A DNA stretch of 64,000 bases, taken from positions 8,866,001-8,930,000 of the forward strand of contig NC_043002.1 in the NCBI RefSeq assembly GCF_006345805.1, in the 5' to 3' direction. The DNA is from Octopus sinensis (lineage: Eukaryota). Positions 36,521-49,703 of the stretch are shown here, in pieces (within the stretch, counting starts at the first letter, position 1; each line of letters opens with the position of its first letter). The translations under genes were made by a program, and so were the position numbers. Below the pieces are notes generated by a model. The model was given only the letters and a program-made list of their open reading frames with translations. It was not told the DNA's origin and did not search any database.

Positions 36521-36949
36521 CTGTAAACAAACCAATGAACATAAAACAAGGATTAAATCCAAATTAGCCAGTAAATTACAACAATGAAACTAACAAAACA
36601 TAACATTGACAAAATATTTACAACATAGTTAAAAGTGCATCTTGAAACACTATGGGCAATTTTCGAAGTTTCATTTAATCTAGGTCTCACGACTTTTTTT
36701 CCATGTTTCTGTGTTAATTATTGAGATATTAGCCATTTGAAAAGACTATGGAATTTACAATTAACTGCACCAGGGTTCCTCTTCCCCAGGGAACCAGACC
36801 TAATGGTATACCTGCGGATGTAGGTCCAGCCCCTGCTTTGCCGGGTCCTGTCTCTGATCACGTTGTACCTCCAAGGGCGTCCACTGACGGTGATGCCCTC
36901 AATCTTAACAGATGGGTATCACCTGATGGAGAAGAGTCAGCTCCCAACC

Positions 36950-37097
36950 AAACAACACCAAACAAACACCCACTCTCCTACCCTGATGTAATCTCCAGGG
37001 ATACAGGTAATGCCATGATGGACCGTGAAGTCTGGTGTAGCATGGTAAATTCCATTGTCTCGATCACGGTCGAACAATGATGATGATGATGATGATG
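36950..37097 (+). mobile_element. 3' end of a second RTE-like LINE family
   Basis: PLSYPDVISRDTGNAMMDREVWCSMVNSI* followed by (GAT)n. Confidence 0.65.
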
Positions 37098-37469
37098 AGA
37101 TATTGCTGCTTGTATCCAATTGAGGGTTGGGGGATAGATGAAAGTGGTGGAGGCAGATATGGTTTGTGATGGTGGTTGTGGGGCATGTGGTGGGGGGCAA
37201 GGGTGGATGGGCACATTGCAGAATAGTGGACCATATAACTTTCATGAGACAAAATATATGAATTTATTAGAAAGACAAGATATACAAACTTACAACAAGT
37301 CAAAAGCTTTCATTGGACAAAATAAAACAAATTATCATGAAAAAGACAAGATATATATTTTTTTCAGGACCAAGATAGAGAAAGAAAGTAGTAAAGCAAG
37401 CAGACTATCGATATTATGAAAGAGAGAAATGTATGTATATCAGGAGTCACACCTGATAATAAAGCTAGC

Positions 37470-38110
37470 ACATCATCATCGTCATCATTATCGTTTAACG
37501 TCCGTTTTCCATGCTAGCATGGGTTGGATGGTTCGACTGGGGTCTGGGAAGCCAGGAGGCTGCACCAGGCTCCAGTCTGATCTGGTAGTGTTTCTACAGC
37601 TGGATGCCCTTCCTAATGCCAACCACTCCGTGAGTGTAGTGGGTGCTTTTTACATGCCACCGGCACAGGTGCCAGGGTAGGCTGGCAACGGCCACAAACG
37701 GTTGGTGCTTTTTATGTGCCACCGACACAGAAGCCAGTCAAGGCGGCGCTGGCATCGACCACGTACAGCTTGTGCTTTTTACGTGCCACCAGCACAGGTG
37801 CCAGGGGAGGCTGGAAACAGCCATGATCGGTTGGTACTTTTTACATGCTACCGACACAGAAGCCAGTCAAGGCGGCGCTGGCATCGACCACGTACAGCTG
37901 GTGCTTTTTACGTGCCACCAGCACAGGTGCCAGGGGAGGCTGGCAACATCCACGATCAGTTGGTGCTTTTTACGTGCCACCGACACAGAAGCCAGTCAAG
38001 GTGGTGCTGGCATCGACCACATATGGCTGGTGCTTTTTACATACCACCGGCACAGGTGCCAGGGGAGGCTGGAAACAGTCACGATCGGTTGGTGCTTTTT
38101 ATGTGCCAAA
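37470..38110 (-). mobile_element. RTE 3' end with expanded tandem array (~123-bp dimer units)
   Basis: Terminal module at left, then repeating ggtgctttttac/atgtgccacc units; repeated ORF text in the track. Confidence 0.9.
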
Positions 38111-38399
38111 AGAAATCTAAGCTATATACATGGAGTAAGATACATATAGCATGTATGGACTCTATTTCTAGCTCTGTCTCATACAAATGAAGAATTTATA
38201 TTAAAATCCGATGTTATTTGCATTTATATATCCAAGTCACTTATGACAAGCTTTGTTTCATGCAGGAATTGCTACTGATACATGTTTGTGCACATGTATG
38301 TGTGCACAAACATATACCAGTGGAATTTCTTGCATAAACATAAATCACCTTCCAATTTGAAATATTGGTAAGTTTTACTATATAATAATCTAGCAAAAA

Positions 38400-39525
38400 G
38401 CAAAGTCTTAGTAAGGAAGAAAGTGGACAAATGGCAAATCCCTTCAGTAGATGGCCCTGCTCAATCTGTATAAAAGGGGTAGGTAGAAACTCCAGAAGAT
38501 GCACCCAGTGTAAGCTACAGACACATAAGAGATGCAGCAATACCAGAGAAAGATTAACAGGGAAAATAGTTTTTGTGTGTGGCAGGTGCACAGGTACAAT
38601 AAAAAATTCAAACATGCAGAAAATAGGCTCCATCCAATACCAGGTGGGTAAGTTAGATGTAGTTGATAGCTTCCATTATCTAGGTTACCAAGTCAGTAGT
38701 GGAGGTAGATGCTCTGAAAGCATAGTAGCTAGAATAAGAATAGGCTGGGAAATGTTCAGAGAGCTCCTACCTCTTGGGTAACAAAGGGCCTCTCCCTCAG
38801 AATGAAAGGAAGACTGTATGATGCCTGTGTGCGAACAGCTATGCTACATGGCAGTGAAACATGGGCTGTAGGCTTGACAAAAATGAGGCTTAGTATGCTT
38901 TGCTGGATGTGCAATATCAGTGTGCATGTACGACAGTGTTAGCACCTTGAGAGAAAAGTTGGGCATAAGAGGCATCAGATGTGGTGTGCAAGAGAGACGA
39001 CTATGCTGGTATGGTCACGTGATGTATATGGACAAGGGCAGCTGTGTAAAGAAGTGTCAATCTCTAACTGTGGAGGAACCTATGGCAGAGGTAGAGCCAG
39101 GAAGACATGGGATGAGGTGGTGAAGCATGATCTTCAAATGTTGGGCCTCACAGAAGCAATGACAAGTGCCCGAAACCTGTGGTAATATGCAGTGCACAAG
39201 AAGTCTCATCAGGCCAGTAGTTGTAACTGTGCTGGTGTCATGTAAATGGTACCCATGACATTGTAGTTCTGGCCATTTCCAGTGCCATATAAATGGTGCC
39301 ATGTAAATGGCACCCATGAATAGTAGTCAAAATCATTACCAGTGGCATGTAAAAAGCACCCATTACACTCTCGGAGTGGTTGGTGTTAGGAAGGGCATCT
39401 AGCCATAGAAACCTTGCCAGATCAGACTGGAACTTGATTCAGCTCTCCAGTTCCAGTAAAACTGTCTAACCCATGCCAGAATGGGGAATGGATGTTATAT
39501 GATAATGATGATGATGACAATGACG
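38400..39525 (+). mobile_element. 5'-truncated RTE LINE (PHD-like finger, C-terminus, 3'UTR)
   Basis: WPCSICIKGVGRNSRRCTQCKLQTHKRCS...FVCGRC; VDSFHYLG; RRLCWYGHV; (GAT)n tail. Confidence 0.9.
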
Positions 39526-39767
39526 ATGAATAAGTTCGTGTCAACAACTTAATAAGAAATACCTAATGAGGTATGTTGAATTAACACAAATAATATACTC
39601 AGGTGAGTGTGACAAAACACACACATTCAACTTTCATATAATTAATAGTGCAATGTGTCCCATGTGGCCAGACAGTTTGTCCCATGCAGTTGAAAAAACA
39701 TAACTATGCTGTGAAGATTTTCTGCATCATTATCATAACGAAATGGAAGATAGAAAGACAATGTTAC

Positions 39768-39855
39768 CTTTTTGTTCACAACACTTGGCCCAGGACTCTT
39801 CATCTACAGCAGGAGGGCCGATTAGAATCACTTGCTCAGCAGATAATCCACTTTC
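39768..39855 (-). CDS. IAH1: IAH1 coding exon 4
   Basis: AG / GTAACA; ESGLSAEQVILIGPPAVDEESWAKCCEQK(D); phase 0 in, phase 1 out. Confidence 0.92.
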
Positions 39856-40045
39856 CTGTTTAAATATATATTTGTAGTTTAAAATATAGAGAGAGAAACA
39901 CATGCAGAGGATGATTAAGAAATCCCTTTGATAGTTAAATAATATATAAAATTTTATTCATTATTTTGTTACTGTATACTTTTAACACTATGCTATTTTG
40001 TAAATATCTTTTGAGATATATGTAAATGTGCATACGTACATACGC

Positions 40046-40322
40046 TGAGAGTTGCTGAAGCATGGAACAAACTGCTGGCATCAGTTGTTAGTTGTCGGAG
40101 CTCTGCATCCTTCAAAACTTCCATGCTTCCTGAGATTCGCCAACACTACACCTGATATTTTCCCCTCCATACACACACAAGCATTATCTGACTCATACAT
40201 TGTTCGCTTTCCAGACATTTGTACATTACTGCATATATTCTGACAAGTTGTGGTGCACCTGAGCACTGTTTATTTTTTTTTTTTGCCTGTCTATTTATAC
40301 AATAATTTCATTATTATTATAC
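40046..40322 (+). mobile_element. CR1/L2-type LINE 3' end
   Basis: Second copy of 22826-23095. Confidence 0.75.
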
Positions 40323-40629
40323 TCACACATATGCACATATCCCTCTCTTACAAACGTATACACACACACACATATATATATATATACAGTAATGCCTTGC
40401 CATATCGCAGTTCACCTATCGTGCACACAATACAGCATGGATTTTTCTAAAATTTTCGCTGCCTCTTGCAACCTTTCCAATAGTTTTGACTGTCCGTTAT
40501 TCACACTGCATTCCTTGTTGTGTTTGTGCTCATGTGTGTGGGTCAGCGTGTGTGTGTGTGCATACACATGCATATATGTGTATGTATGTATGTATGTGTG
40601 TGTGTGTATATTAATATGTATGTATTGAT

Positions 40630-40955
40630 TGTGCTGGTGGCATGTAAAAAGCACCATTCGAACATGGCCGATGCCAGCGCCGCCTTGACTGGCTTCTGTG
40701 CTGGTAGCACGTAAAAAGCACCAACTGATCGTGGCTGTTGTCAGCCTCTCCTGGCCCCTGTGCCAGTGGCACATAAAAAGCACCCACTACAATCACGGAG
40801 TGGTTGGCGTTAGGAAGAGCATCCAGCTGTAGAAACACTGCCAGATCAAGACTGGAGCCTGGTGTAGCCCCTGGCTTCCCAGACCCCAGTCGAACCGTCC
40901 AACCCATGCTAGCAGGGAAAACGGATGTTAAACGATGATGAAGATGATGATGAGG
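40630..40955 (+). mobile_element. RTE 3'-end fragment
   Basis: Tandem units and terminal module. Confidence 0.85.
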
Positions 40956-41208
40956 ATATTCTGTATATACATGTGTTTACGTGTTTTTATGTATGTGTGT
41001 GTGTACTTCTGTCTCCTTGCGTGTCCTACTTCCAAGGCTTTGGTTGGCTTGGGGCTATAGCAGAAGACATGCAAAGGGACGGAACCAAAAATGAGGTGGT
41101 TGAGAAAACAAACTCCTTAATCACACTCGTTCATAAACAAACAGCAATACCTGTATGCATAAAATAAAAGGTGGGTGGGATCAGTTTAAATATAATAAAA
41201 ATTTTCAC

Positions 41209-41428
41209 CTGAAGTATTTGAACCATCTCTACCATGTTGTTTTTGAATTCATCTACAGGAACATGTTGAAGAGGATTAATTTTTACATCAGCACAATCAT
41301 TTGCTCCTAAGAATATAGTCACAAATACAGCATCTTTCAGTTCATTTTTATTCAATACAGAAGGCAAAATCTTTTTACACCACCGACTGTTATATCCAGA
41401 GAATCCCCGGTTGATAACATCACATTTC
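41209..41428 (-). CDS. IAH1: IAH1 coding exon 3
   Basis: ttttgattgtAG / GTGAAA; (R)KCDVINRGFSGYNSRW...VTIFLGANDC...QHVPVDEFKNNM; SGNH blocks II and III. Confidence 0.96.
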
Positions 41429-41622
41429 CTACAATCAAAATGAAAAGAAAAGTTTGGAAAAATTGAATTGAAAGGTTAACAGTGCAAATTATATACTAAC
41501 AAAAGTACAACACTGAATCCACCAGTGTAGCAACCGAAAACTATTAGCTAGAAATTGGTGGAAGGCTCACTGCATCAAGGATTTTAGAAATCACATTCAT
41601 AAGCCTCCTCTTAGTGAAATCC

Positions 41623-41768
41623 CTGTCTTCATATCCTTAATTACCTTATCCATCATACTGCTGTTAACTTGAATAGCTTTTTGGTTCACATACGGGAGAC
41701 TCCCTTTCTCCCATTCATTATACATATTTAATAGCACTTTCTTATCTTTTTCTTTTCAGAATCATTAA
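41623..41768 (-). repeat. 146-bp inverted copy of 42143-42291 flanked by 24-bp direct repeats
   Basis: ataagcctcctcttagtgaaatcc at 41599-41622 and 41769-41792. Confidence 0.85.
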
Positions 41769-42099
41769 ATAAGCCTCCTCTTAGTGAAATCCTTTTAAAT
41801 TTTCTATAATTGCAATTCAAGAAACAACAATAATGGCATCATTTAACGTCCGTGTTCCACACTAGCATGAATTGCACAGCTTCATGGCATCCAATGGGTC
41901 CAAGGACTGCATCAGGCTCTCGTGTGTCTATTTAGGTATGACTTCAACAGCTGGATGCACTTCCTAACACAAAATATTTTACAACATGTACTGGATGCTT
42001 TTTCACACCACCAGCACTAGTGAGGTTCCTTGGCAACTTGCGAGACTAAGGACCTCAAAAGAGGGAGGGGGATGTTTGGTTTAAAAAGGGTTGAGATGT

Positions 42100-42430
42100 T
42101 GAGGGAGAGAAGTGTGTATGGATGGATAATGGTATGCTAGCGTTTAATGATTCTGAAAAGAAAAAGATATGAAAGTGCTATTAAATATGTATGATGAATG
42201 GGAGAAAGGGAGTCTCCTGTATGTGAACCAAACGGCTTTTCAAGTTAACAGCAGTACGATGGATCAGGTAATTAAGGATATGAAGACAGGGAAAGCCCCT
42301 GGTCCATCAGGAGTCACTGCCGAGATGCTTATAATACCTAGTAGAGTAGGATACAGTCAGATCACCCATATAGTTAATCAGGTTATTTATGAATGCGTCA
42401 GCCCTCAAAAATGGTGTAGCAGCTTTATAT
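42100..42430 (+). mobile_element. RTE ORF2 fragment
   Basis: VIKDMKTGKAPGPSGVTAEML. Confidence 0.8.
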
Positions 42431-42444
42431 TCAGTTGCTTATAT

Positions 42445-42732
42445 AGAACTATGCCATACTGTGAACGGATAGAAGGGAAAGGAGCCATGGTGGAGTTGCT
42501 GTATACATATGTGACAACCTCACACCCCAGGTTTTACTGTCATACTCAAATTCGGTATGTGACACTTGACACTCTAATTGTATACATAAGACTGCATAAT
42601 ATAGTCATATGCAATACATATTGCCCACCGGATGCTCCGAACCACATAGGCAAGTTTGAAGATTGCCTCACAAGAATTAAAGAAATCCTCATGAAACTGG
42701 AGCACCACGTGACCATATTTCTTATGGGTGAT
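42445..42732 (+). mobile_element. CR1/L2-type APE endonuclease fragment
   Basis: RIEGK.SHGGVAVYI, ICNTYCPPDAP, IFLMGD. Confidence 0.75.
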
Positions 42733-42930
42733 ATATATATATATATATCTCTCCTTTTTTCTCTCCTTGTTTTTTCTGTTTCCCTTTCTGTAGAAGAGCG
42801 TAGGCTCGAAACGTAAAAGACTTTTTCTATTCCTGAGCATTATACTAATACATCTGTTTGTTTTGTACACCACCTGTCTTCGTCTTTTGTTTTTTTCGTA
42901 AACTCTCCCTATATATATAAATACATATAT

Positions 42931-43150
42931 ACTTTCTTTACTCTCTTTTAATTGTTTCAGTCATTTGACTGCGGCCATGCTGGAGCACCGCCTTTAATCG
43001 AGCAACTCGACCCCGGGACTTATTCTTTTGTAAGCCCAGTACTTATTCTATCGGTCTCTTTTGCCGAACCGCTAAGTAATGGGGACATAAACACACCAGC
43101 ATCGGTTGTCAAGCAATGCTAGGGGGACAAACACAGACACACAAACACAT

Positions 43151-43201
<51 letters not shown>

Positions 43202-43367
43202 TACGACGGGCTTCTTTTCAGTTTCTGTCTACCAAATCCACTCACAAGGCTTTGGTCGGCCCGAGGCTATAGTAGAAGACACTTGCCCAAGGTGCTACGC
43301 AGTGGGACTGAACCCGGAACCATGTGGTTGGTTAGCAAGCTACTTACCACACAGCCACTCCTGCGCC
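42931..43367 (-). mobile_element. SINE family 1
   Basis: Reverse complement of the 13475 type. Confidence 0.88.
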
Positions 43368-43421
43368 TATATATATATAAATGCTAACTTATCCTAAAAT
43401 AATTACAAAAATTAGTCTTAC

Positions 43422-43477
43422 CTTTGCAAAATGTTTGCCACAAGGGAAGCCCAACAGCCATCATGACTAAAGGCATA
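43422..43477 (-). CDS. IAH1: IAH1 coding exon 2
   Basis: ttttccattctAG / GTAAGA; YAFSHDGCWASLVANILQ(R); phase 0 in, phase 2 out, matching exon 3. Confidence 0.95.
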
Positions 43478-43639
43478 CTAGAATGGAAAAGAGAAAGAAT
43501 ATTGGAATTAAACTTAAATATATAAGCAGTGTGGGATTCAAATAAAAGAAACCATTAAAGAAATAATAACTGTGTACATTTAATAATGATCAGAAGAGAA
43601 AACAATTTTAACAAATTAAATGCCCTAACACAAAAATAT

Positions 43640-44078
43640 TAAACATATTTTTTGAATCGTTACCAGTGTCGCCTTACTGGCACTCGAGCCCCATGCTAGT
43701 AGGGTATTAAGAGCACCATCCGAGCGTGATCGTTGCCAGAGCAGCTATCTGGCCTCCGTGCTGGTGGCACGTAAAAGACACCATTCGAGCGTGATCGTTA
43801 CCAGCATCGCCTTACTGGCACCTGTGCTGGTGGCATGTGTAAAAGATTCGAATGAGGACGTTGCCAGTACCGCCTGACTGGCCCCATGCCGTTGGCACAT
43901 AAAAAGCACCCACTACACTCTTGGAGTGGTTGGCATTAGGAAGGGCATACAGCCATAGAAACTCTGACAGATCAAGATTGAAGCCTGGTGCAGCCTTCTG
44001 GTTCGCCAGCCCTCAGTCATTCGTCCAACCCATGCTAGCATAGAAAGCGGGCGTTAAACAATGACGATGATGATGATG
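43640..44078 (+). mobile_element. RTE 3'-end fragment
   Basis: Tandem units and terminal module. Confidence 0.8.
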
Positions 44079-44884
44079 AATAATTTTTAATGTTTCCAGA
44101 GCACTAATATGAGATGACTTATTATCAAAATGTTGATTGTTTTAATTAATTGCCAAAGTATATGATTAATACTTGGTTGCCTTTATTAAATTTAACAATT
44201 CACAAATCAGGAAGGGTACAACTTCTAATTAGTCAGGAGACTGAATGTAGCGAACCAATTTCTAATCACCTTCCAAACTGAAACGATATGACCGATACGA
44301 AAGACAGGATGACCACAACTAGAAATACCCAATAATTGTTCTTTTCCTTTTGTTTTTTCAATTCACTAATTCCATGTGAATGTTCTAGAGAAACAAGTGC
44401 ACATCAAGCAACTCAACAATAAATAATCAATCAATCATTGAAATGGAGAATTTAATTTACAACTAGTATGAAGTATATGTTTTTTTCATTTCATAGGGTT
44501 CACATAGTGGGGACGCATTGGTCATTATTCTAACCAGGTCTGCTATTGGTGTGTTAATTTTCATGTTGTGTGGCAGGGATGAGTTCTTGTGAACAGCATA
44601 TTCTGAAGTTACAATTGAAAAGGTTGCAAGATGCAACAAAAGTTTTAGGACAATAATATCAAGAAATAAGTGGTAATTTTACCGGTGAGTGTGTTACATA
44701 ATAAGGCACAAAAAAAAAAATGACTCTCCCCAGACACAATAGGATATGCTTCAACACACGAACTCATAAAAAGAATCTTGCAAACCAAATCCAAAAACGA
44801 AATAGTACAGAAAAATGAATGTAAAATAGTAGACAATACTTGTGATATGGCAACATTATTTATTACCAGAGTGTTAACCATCTG

Positions 44885-45365
44885 TATGTGGCCAATGCCA
44901 GTACCGCCTTGACTGGCTTCTGTGCCGGTGGCACATAAAAAGCACCAACCAATCGTGGCCATTGCCAGCTTACCCTGGCACCTAAAAAGCACCATCCGTA
45001 CGTGGCCGATGCCAGCATCGGTGGCATGTAAAAACTACCAACTGATCGTGGCCGTTGCCAGCCTCCCCTGGCACGTAAAAAGCACCATCCATTCATGGTC
45101 GATGCCAGCACCACCTTGACTGGCTTCTGTGCTGGTGGCACATAAAAAGCACCAACCGATCGTGGCCGTTGCCAGCCTCCCCTGGCATGTAAAAAGCACC
45201 CGCTACACTCACGGAGTGGTTGGCGTTAGGAAGGGCATCCAGCTGTAGAAACACTGCCAGATCAGATTGGAGCCTGGTGCAGCCTCCTGGCTTCCCAGAC
45301 CCCAGTTGAACCGTCCAAACCATGCTAGCATGGAAAACGGACGTTAAATGATGATGATGATGATA
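44885..45365 (+). mobile_element. RTE 3'-end fragment with tandem array
   Basis: About five gtggcac-taaaaagcacc units then terminal module. Confidence 0.85.
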
Positions 45366-45911
45366 ATTAGCTGTCGTATAACATAACTTTGGAAGTATAC
45401 ATTTGCCACCATGGGTGGCAAATAACTATGAATTTTTAGAAATATTAAAATGTACTTTCTACTCAATTTTTCCTAAGAGAGCATCCAAAAAGAAACATTT
45501 TAATTCCTCATTTGTGAAATTTGGATGAATATTTTAGGAAATATGACAATTTGAATGGTCAGTGAAATGGTCAAAATCTTGCCTAATTAGCCTAAATGAA
45601 TAAATTAGCCATATTTATGATGCCATTTCTTAGAAACTGAGGTGATGATCATCTTCAAATTACAAAAATTAATAGTGACCATAGCATAGCAGTTGCAATT
45701 TTTAAAGATATTTATGTAAAGCCTATTTTGTTACAAGTCACAAACAGTCAATTTTGCAGTGTTTACAGACCTAGTTAAATCCCAAAGACACAAGTCACCG
45801 GGACTTGAATTTTGTTCCATTGTAGCTGGAATAGAACTACATAAATCCTGAGATCTTGGAATATGACATTTCAATAAAATTTTAATGGACCATCAAAAAT
45901 GGCTATAAATT

Positions 45912-46078
45912 TTTTTTTTCTTTACTACCCACAGAGGGAACAAACAAGGACAGACAAACGGATTAAGTCAATTACATCCACCCCAGTGCATAACTAGTAC
46001 TTAATTTATCGACCTTGAAAGGATGAAAGGCAAAGTCAACCTCGGTGGAATTTGAACTCAGAACGTAACCACAGATGA
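45912..46078 (-). mobile_element. SINE family 2
   Basis: Flanked by aatggctataa direct repeats. Confidence 0.8.
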
Positions 46079-46339
46079 CAATGGCTATAAGTGGCAGAAT
46101 TTCAGATCAGGATGCCCACATAAGTTGGATTTTCTACTTTTTGATGAGGGTTTTTCCCTTTTTTCCCCCCTTTTTTGCATAGCAGTCTTGGAAATGATGG
46201 GGGTAAGCTTTTTATGAAAAAATATTCTGAAAAATTTATGACATTCCACTCCCTCAAGACCAATTTTGGCCAATTCTGTTTGCACTACACACTTTGCATT
46301 AAAAAAGATGAAACATAAATTTGAAAATATTTTAAAACA

Positions 46340-49235
46340 AAAGATGGGAGGGGAGAGGAACTACAGACTTGTAACATAGAGGGCAACTGGGAATTCCTGC
46401 AGGACAGCTTGCTCAGTGCCACAGACCAAATCTGGTGCAAAGAGCCATCCCGACCTAAGGTGACATGGTGGTGGAACAATGCTGTGGGCAAGGTCATTAG
46501 AGCAAAGAAACAGGCCTGGAAGGGTGGGGATAGCAGTGAACTGTATCAGATAGCCAGAAGGGAAGTTAGGAGACAGGTATACTAGCAAGGGGAGAAGCAG
46601 AAAAGGAGTTTGCCTATGCTCAGTGACGTGAGGACCAAAGACTTGAAGTGTTTTGGATTGCAAGACAGTATGCGAGAGAAAATTGTGATGCTATAGGAAA
46701 AATGTGTCTGTATGGATGATGGTGCATTTGCATTTAGTGACTCTGCAAAGAAAGAGGCTTGGAAATGCTGTTATGAAAGATTGCTGAACGTGGGGAATAA
46801 ATGGGAGGAGGAGAGTCTGCCAAATGTTGACCAAATTAAGGGACCAACTATCTGAATCGACAATACCTTGGTAGATAATGCAATTAAGGATATGAAGACA
46901 GGGAAAGGGTCCAGCCCATCAGGAATCACCACTGAGATGCTTAAAATATCTGGTGGTGTGAGTTACAGTCTACTCATCTGAATCGTAAATCAGATGAGTC
47001 ACAAAGGAGTCATATGCAATGACTGGTGTATAGGTACAATAGTCAACTGCTACAAAGGTAAAGGTGATGCCTTATATAATTATAACAGAGGTATCAAATT
47101 GCTGAATCAGGTAATGAAAGTTACAGAGAGGGTCATAGCTTAACTAATTAAGAAGAGAGTTAGTCTAGATGAGTGCAGTTTGGTTTTGTGCTAGGGAGAA
47201 GCACCACTGATGCTATATTTCTGGTAAGGCAGCTGCAGGAAGAATACCTAGCCAAAGATAAACCTCTGTACCTGGCTTTCATTGACTTGGAGAAAGCTTT
47301 TGACAGGGTCCCCCCGATCCCTCATCTGGTGGTCAATGGTCAATGCAGAAACTAAGAATAGACGAGTAGTTGGTGAGAACAGTACAAGCCATGTACAGGA
47401 ATGCTGTCAGTAAGGTGAGGATTGGTAATGAGTACAGCAAAGAATTCAGGGTACAAGTAGAGGTTCACCAAGGATCAGTCCACAGCCCCCTCTTGTTCAT
47501 CATAGTCTTCCAGGAAATAATAGAGGAATTTAAGACAGGCTGTCCCTGGGAGATCCTCTGTGCTGATGACCTTGCTCTTATAGCTGAATCACTACCACAA
47601 CTAGAGAAGTTTCAGGTATGGAAGCAAGGTCTAGAATCAAAGGACCTTAGAGTCAACCTAGCAAAAACCAAAGTCACAGTAAGTAGGGAGGCAGACAGAT
47701 CTCAAATCTCTTCAGGTTGATGGCCCTGCTCAATCTGTAGAAAAGGCATAGGTAGAAACTCCATATGATGTACTTGGTGTAAGCTATGGTAGCATAAGAA
47801 GTGCAGCAATAACAGAGAAAATAGTTTTTATGTGTGGAAGATGCACAGGTACAATAAACACAGAAAATGTAGAGAAAATAAATTCCATCAACTGCCAGCT
47901 AGAGGTAGTAGATAGCTTCCATTATCTTGGTACTAAGTTAGTAGTGGAGGTGGATACTTTGAGAGTGTAGCTGTGAGAATAAGAATAGGCTGGGCAAAGT
48001 TTAGAGAGCTCCTACCGCTGCTGGCAACAAAGGGCCTCTCCCACAGAGTGAAAAGCAGATTTTTATAATACCTGTGTGCAAACAGCTATGCTATATGGGC
48101 AGTGAAGCATGGGCTGTGACAGCCAAGGACATGCATAGGCTTGAAAGAAATGAAGCCAGTATGCTTTGGTGGATGTGCAATGTCAGTATGCATGTACAAC
48201 AAAGTATAAGCAACTTGAGAGAAAAGTTGGGCATAAGAGGCATCAGATGTGATGTGCAAGAGAGACAACTGTGCTGGTATGGTCATGTGATGTGTATGGA
48301 CGAGGACAGCAGTGAAAAGAAGTGATCTCTAACTATGGAGGGAACCTGTGGTAGAGGTAGGGCCAGAAAGACACAGGACAAGGTGGTGAAGCATGATCTT
48401 TGAACTCTGGGCCTCAAAGAGGCAATGACTAGTGATCGAGACCTTAGGTGATATGTTGCGCTTGAGAAGACCTGTCAAGCCAAGTGAAATAATGGTTGTG
48501 GCTAATGCTGGTGTCACGTAACTGGTACCCATGCCGGTGGCATGTAAAAAGCACCGTTTGAGCATTGAGCCTCACAGAGGCAAGGTGATCAATGCCAGTG
48601 GCATGTGAAAAAAACCTTTTGAGTGTTGGACCTCATAGAGGCAATGACAAATGGCTGAGACCTTTGACATTATGCTATGCTTGAGAAGGAGACCCATCAA
48701 GCCAAGTAAAATCACAGTCATAGCATATACTGGTGGCACGCAAATGGCACCTGTACAGGTGGCACGTAAGAGCATCTTTTGAGCATTGGGCCTCACTGAG
48801 GCAAGGTGGCCAATGCCAGTAACACAAGTTACTGGCATTGGCAAGTGTTGGGCCTCATGGAAGTAATGACGAATGACTGAAACCTTTACCATTATGCCAT
48901 GCTCAAGAAGAAGACCCATCAAGCCAAGTATATATTTCTTTACTACCCACAAGGGGCTAAACACAAAGGGGACAAACAAGGACAGACAAACGGATTAAGT
49001 TGATTATATCGACCCCAGTGTGTAATTGGTACTTATTTAATTGACCCCAAAAGGATGAAAGGCAAAGTCAACCTCGGTAGAATTTGATCTCAGAACGTAG
49101 CGGCAGACGAAATACCACAAAGCATTTCGCCCGGTGTGCTAACGTTTCTGCCAGCTCGCCGCCTTCCAAGTATAATCAGTCAAACAGTCCAACTCATGCC
49201 AGCATGGACAACGGATATTAAATGATGATGATGAT
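46340..49235 (+). mobile_element. 5'-truncated RTE LINE, ~2.9 kb, decayed, with SINE in 3'UTR
   Basis: VTWWWNN; QFGFVLGRSTTDAIF...FIDLEKAFDRVP; HQGSVHSPLLF; CADDL; PHD-like finger; RQLCWYGHV; tandem 3'UTR and (GAT)n. Confidence 0.93.
48925..49165 (-). mobile_element. SINE family 2 inserted in RTE 3'UTR
   Basis: ccaagtata direct repeats on both sides. Confidence 0.8.
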
Positions 49236-49659
49236 TTTTAAATGATAAGATGTTTGATTTAAGGGATATTCAGCTGTTGATTTTAGCTCATCCCACGACC
49301 ACCTGATACCTTTCTCAGAGTTGCATGTAGATGTAGATCAAAAAACAAACAAAATGTGTAAACTAATTTCTTGCTTTAAATATTAAAAACATAAATCGAA
49401 GGCATTAATGACATCTGTAACTTATAGCAAACTTGTAGGAGAGAAGTAAAAAGAAAAACCCCAAAACAAGTATGTAAATGCCGTAATCCAACACCAGACT
49501 GTATATAAAGCCAACTTCAATATAGCAGTATAGTTAGTTAGACAAGTAAAGACATGACTATCTATGACCGACTTTGCCAACTACTTGATGACTCAACTTC
49601 CTACGTCACAGAATTTATAACAACTATCACATACCACTTGTCATGTGGGAGGGGTGTTC

Positions 49660-49700
<41 letters not shown>

Positions 49701-49703
<3 letters not shown>

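Noticed and set aside
49440-49520. CKCRNP...YKA-like peptide suggesting a plus-strand Penelope GIY-YIG piece
   Set aside because: Too short and needs a frameshift; not enough support to call.
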